A DNA stretch of 55,795 bases, the filler included, from Dugesia japonica (Eukaryota), in NCBI GenBank assembly GCA_001938525.1. It is 5 parts of 5 records of this genome, joined end to end, with 100 filler letters (N's around TTAATTAATTAA, not from the genome) between each part and the next. Parts side by side here need not be neighbours in the genome. Positions count along the whole stretch, not along the records: positions 46,679 to 55,795 come from MQRL01627205.1; 4 more parts are not named here. One strand, written 5' to 3'. Below the pieces are notes generated by a model. It did no database searches and was not told the origin of the DNA. It worked only from the letters and a program-made list of their open reading frames with translations. Within the stretch, counting starts at the first letter, position 1, and each line of letters starts with the position of its first letter. Below are positions 50,935-55,795 of this stretch, piece by piece. The position numbers were made by a program, and so were the translations under genes.

Positions 50935-51145
50935 TGAAATTTAATCAAAATTTATTTTTTTGGTTTTTGATATAAAATTCTATATTTCGACTTTGTCTTC
51001 GTCAGAAATTGACTTTTTTAAAGACGAAATTTAGAATTAGAAAAAAAAACAAATTTTGATGGAAGCTTTTATTTTAAATGAATTCTGAAAAACGATCAAT
51101 GATAACGCCCAACAATTATTCTCGTAATAATTGCAATTATAAAAT
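50935..51145 (-). ncRNA. Fold-back repeat copy E (reverse orientation) with a minus-strand hammerhead (~50976-51012)
   Basis: aattt-CTGACGA-a-GAC-aaa-GTC-GAAA-ta-TA-gaatt; tail CCAACAATTATTCTCGTAATAATTGCAATT on the right. Confidence 0.68.
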
Positions 51146-51641
51146 AATGAAATTTATATTAATTAAAAAAAATAAATTTCTAATATGGTTTAATTTAACT
51201 TATTTTTCTAATTCATTGCGAAATTAAATAAATATTAATTCAGCTTACATAAAATAAATTAGAATAGTTTTTTTTTTAATTATCAATTTTAAATTGAAAA
51301 AAATGTATTTGATATTTGTTTACTTATTAAAATTCAAAGAACCTCTAAAAATAATAAAGAAATAGCAATTAAAAGAAATTCCTGTGATTGTTTAAATCAT
51401 TATTACACATATGCATAAATTCACAAATTAATTTGTTTAACCGAATTTGAAAGATTTTGAATTATCTTTGGTGTTGTACAATAGCAAAATATTTTAATCA
51501 GATTTTTTAAAAAATTTTTAAATATTACAATATCAGAAAAATTGAAAACCGAACTCCTTAATTTATGTAACTTTAAATAAATTTTAAAAATCACTTAATT
51601 ATATTTACATTAGAAATCCAACATAATACAATGGTTATAAC

Positions 51642-54600
51642 TAGGGTTTCCATCCCGGGTCTTCCCGATCGGGAATTCCTGGGATTTTCCCAAAATTTAT
51701 TTTCCCGTTTCCCGGGTATTTTTTGAAAAATTTCCCGGGAAATATTCCCAAAATAAAAATTGAAATAAAGCAAGCTTTCTAGTTAAATACTAATAAATAT
51801 TTTGAATTCGGTCGATATTTCTAAAATTTTATTATTGTTTTAATTAGTTAACTTAATTAATTAATTTACAAACTATTAGAATTAGTAAGACATTATTATT
51901 AAAAAATAATTTTAGATTAGAGCTTTTAGATTTTCCATTCACAGATGTATACTAAAAAATTAGACCACTTTAAAATAAAACCATCGACATATTTTTCTTT
52001 TAAACTAGTAATCTACTTTATTTAAATTATNNNNNNNNNNNNNTTGATCTAATATTCAGGTCCTCTATCATTTTTAAATTTGAAAATATTGAAGGGTTAA
52101 TAAAAATATCATGGATGACTTTGAAGATATTAGCACAGTATGAAAATCGCAAGTTTGGCAGTACTTTTTGTTGAAAAAAAGTGAGGAAAAGGCCATGTGT
52201 AAGATTTGTGCTGCGATACTAATGATATCAGGTTCGAGCACTAAAGGTCTCATTACCAATCTAAAATTAAAACATCACATTGAAATGAAAATCTTAGAAA
52301 CTTCAAAACCACAAACCAAAATAATAAAAAGTGATTCTTTCTTCAGTAAAAAACGTGAATGCGTTGAAGAAATGATCTCAAAGCTTGTGGCTGTTGATGA
52401 CTTACTTTTCATCAAATTTTTAATAGCATTTATTTTCTTCAATGAGCCTTCAAATCAGAAGGAACTGCTCTAACAACCAGTACAACACAAATTAAAACTC
52501 TTTTCATGAAAAACTTCCAGAAAGTTAGAGCTACAATCACTAAAGAAATTGATGAAATTAAAGAATCAGACGGCCGCTTTTCAATAAGCTTTGAATCAAC
52601 ATCTATCAGAAATCGAAGATTTTTGAACCTGAATTTACATTTGACTGGCCAATTCTTTTTTCTGGGATTGATTAGAGTAATAGGTAGAATTACAGCAGAA
52701 TAAATGACGAACTTGTCAAATATCTGCTACAGGAATATCATGTATGTATGGATGACGATGTTATTGCATCTATGGCAGATGGAGCAAAGGTAGGGCATGC
52801 AAATTTACCGGAACCTTTTACAGATACTTCCAAATATATGCCTCTTTCTTTGTCTATCTAAAACAAAATCATTTCCTCTTTTATTGTTTTTTCTAAACTT
52901 TTAATATCCGAGATAATAACAGATGTTTTCACTGCATCTGAATATTTCAAACCTTTTTTTTGGTTGATTGCCTGATGGAGTCGTTCTTCCATTGAAATAG
53001 GTTTTTGTTGTTTTATAGCAACATCATATAAAAGTTCATTTTGATCCAAATTCAATGGGACTGTTCGTCAGAGTTTTCTTAGTCATATGCTCAATAAGTG
53101 TAACAATAAGTTTTGTTATTTGTTACTTAATTTATTTAAAATTCCATTGCGATCGTTTTCTTCCATTTTCTTGTAATCTATGTGATGATGTAAATATTGT
53201 AAAACATAAGAATATTTTGTTCGTCGCTGTTTAATCCTATATATTAATTCAGAATGTAGTTCTTTACTTAGTGACGTATTTTGAGATAACAATTTGTCTA
53301 GCATAAATGTAAGAACAATATTAGCATTCAATAATGTAAAGTCGTAAGAACTTAGTGATTCAACTGTGAGCTTAATAGGTTGCAAAGCTTTTATTATTTC
53401 ATTAATTTTGTTCAATTATGCTTCTGAAAAATCCAAATTATAATTTATGTTTATTAGACTTTTTCTAATACAGGATCTGAGTTGATAAAAACGCTCCAGC
53501 ATGTCTAATAAACTGTTCCATCTAGTTTTGATGTCTAATATTAATTTTAATTCATTATTCTTTCCAAATTCTAGTACAATATTTCTTTGTAAAATTTCGT
53601 TTTTTGTAGGAGATAATCGAAATATTTNNNNNNNNNNNNNNNNNNNNNNNNNNNNNNNNNNNNNNNNNNNNNNNNNNNNNNNNNNNNNNNNNNNNNNNNN
53701 NNNNNNNNNNNNNNNNNNNNNNNNNNNNNNNNNNNNNNNNNNNTTATTCGATTCATCGTTAGATGAAGTAGATTGTTCCAATTCAGAAAAATTTACATTC
53801 TGTTTATATAGAATTTGAATTACTGCTAGCTGGATTTCATGTGCGAAACATAATTGATGGATTGCATTTAGATCGGATCCAATCTTTTTCATAATAGCTG
53901 CACCATCTGTTGTTATTCCAACAATATTACTGAAGTTAATTCCAAAGTCGTTTAACTTATTTTCCAATAACTCGATACATTTCTTTGCAGGCATTGAACT
54001 GTGAATTCTAGAAAGGCCTTAATTCCAGAAAGTTTTTTCAACGTGAACATTAATGTTCATACATCAAGGATGATGCTGCAAGGGTGATGCTTAAATTTGG
54101 ACACGATACAGAGCCGTTGCACGTTACATGCTTGGCCCATGCCATCCATCTAGTAGTATGTGAAAATATTTACAAGTACAAAGAGAAAAATGTCCAGAAA
54201 AACACTATCAACCATTCAGAAGATAATGAAGAAAATGAATATGGCGATGACACTATGGAAGAAAACTTTACAGATGAGGATTTAGATGTTGTTTCTGAAA
54301 TCATTCCTGATTACAACNAAATTATTAAAAAAATCAGAACAATTGTCAAACTTTTCAAAAAGTCTCCAGTTAGAAATGATAATCATTTGCTACCTCAGAA
54401 CCTCAAAAGCCTCGGATCGGAAAAGTCTCAGGTTGAAGACTGTCAAACTCGTTGGAACAGTTTGCATGCAATGTTGAAAAGTTTTTTTTCTTTGAGAAAA
54501 GAAGTTAAAGTTGTTATGATCCAGCTTGAACAGATATTTGATCTAAATGATTTAGAATTAGCAAAAACCAATGAACTTTGTGATGTACTCGCCCCTCTAA

Positions 54601-54745
54601 AACTTGCAGTTAAATATCTGTCTCAAGAAATTGCTGATATTTTTTTAGCTGAAAATGTTATTTCTTTCACTTTAAAAAAATTAAATGAATTAAAAACCTC
54701 ATTAGGTGATGCACTTGCTGAAAAATTAGAGATTAGAGTACAGAA
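51642..54745 (+). mobile_element. hAT transposon (BED finger and transposase), interrupted at 52791-54065 and 3'-truncated
   Basis: TAGGGTTTCC end with TCCCGG subterminal repeats; VWQYF...CKIC...H; ADGA(K)|VMLKFG, CLAHAIHL and TRWNSL motifs. Confidence 0.88.
52791..54065 (-). mobile_element. Second hAT transposase fragment nested in opposite orientation
   Basis: ITTDGAAIM, CFAHEIQL, DIKTRWNSL and ALQPIK motifs; TAGGGCATGC end at 52791. Confidence 0.88.
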
Positions 54746-55620
54746 ATATTCAAGTGGACTTAAAATAGGTGATATTGGCTGCCATAAGTTCTTATCAATA
54801 ATGGGGCCATGGAAAGTTCTTCTTATGTGCTGAGCCATAATATTTCTGGCATGGAAAGTCGCTGAGTTCTATTTAAAAAACCAATCTGTTTTCTAATAAG
54901 CTGATAATTGATTTACAAAATTATCAATGATATCACAGCTTTCAATATGTATTCGATATATGTATTCAATACACCACTAAAGAATATTGGTTCCATAATT
55001 CTACAAGGTGAAATGGCTACAGATATTCATATTTTCATAGCATGAAAAGTGATTCAATAAACATACGAGAATTAACAATGCTTTAGTGGCAACTGTTTTG
55101 AGCATGGGTGTAACCGGATAAATCTGAATATATTTTAGAAACTAATTATTGGGTTTTTCAATTTAGAAATAAATTATAAATCACAGGAAATTTTATTGCA
55201 AAGTCAAAATTTTAATTAATTATTTAATAAAAGGTTACTTTATTTGACCTTTTTTCGAGATAGTCAATCATTTGCGAATAAAATCTTTCATATTACATTG
55301 AAAACTTATCATGCATCCTATTATTGTTGTGATCAACATTCTAGGAAACTTTTTTCTATTATTTAACGACATTTTTTAAAATGTCGTTAAAAATCCTTTA
55401 ATTGGGTTGAGCTGTAATAGAAACTTCAAAAGAATGCGGTATTCTCAAAATCGATATTCAAATTCATCTGTGATTCCAACATGATAAGTATTTTCCTGGA
55501 TTTCTCGTCAAATTTGGAAAGCTAATGTCAAGTAAACAGTAAAAGTCGCTGCAAGTTAGATTCATATGATGTTATTTAAATGCAAAATAGACTTTTATTA
55601 GGCGACCATAAAAACGTCAG
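54745..55620 (-). mobile_element. Tc3/mariner-like transposase remnant
   Basis: NSATFHARN...LWQPISPILSPLEYF resembles QDGAP.H...WPPRSPDLTPLDF. Confidence 0.65.
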
Positions 55621-55795
55621 CAATAATCAAAGCGCACATTCAAAAAGTGAACATTCAAAAATAACCAATAAAAAAAGAGAGTATAAAAACTTTAAACGAA
55701 ACAAAATTTAATTAAATCTAGTTCAATTGTGGGCAAATGGTGTGTTGCAGCACAGTAGTGTGAAGCAAAAATAATTAAATAATAAAAACAAACTG

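Noticed and set aside
54084-54833. 249-aa ORF as an intact transposase
   Set aside because: It is an internal hAT fragment whose last ~28 aa are the antisense of a mariner-like remnant.

Overview
This is very AT-rich eukaryotic DNA, probably from an invertebrate animal, from a gapped draft assembly. Four artificial 100-nt gaps containing TTAATTAATTAA split it into five blocks whose adjacency is not proven. Host genes: the 5' half of Rab2 (-), three exons of phosphorylase kinase beta PHKB (+), and a complete 4-exon Rab9 (-) with a GC-AG intron and a ~49-aa insertion. Introns are either tiny (43-52 nt) or multi-kb and TE-filled. The rest is mostly decayed mobile DNA: Ty3/Gypsy, Tc1/mariner including IDEKWF-type elements, hAT (one with both ends and an 8-bp TSD, one nested pair), Helitron, Penelope, an RTE-like remnant and MITEs. 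Two signals stand out. (1) A dispersed ~200-250 bp non-coding fold-back family carries minimal hammerhead-ribozyme motifs in inverted arms plus a conserved terminal hairpin; three further hammerhead families also occur. (2) AGT-started, Polinton/virus-like termini lie next to compact arrays of intronless orphan ORFs, including a three-member unknown gene family. I recognised no rRNA, tRNA or CRISPR. All family assignments come from motif reading by eye; no database search was run.
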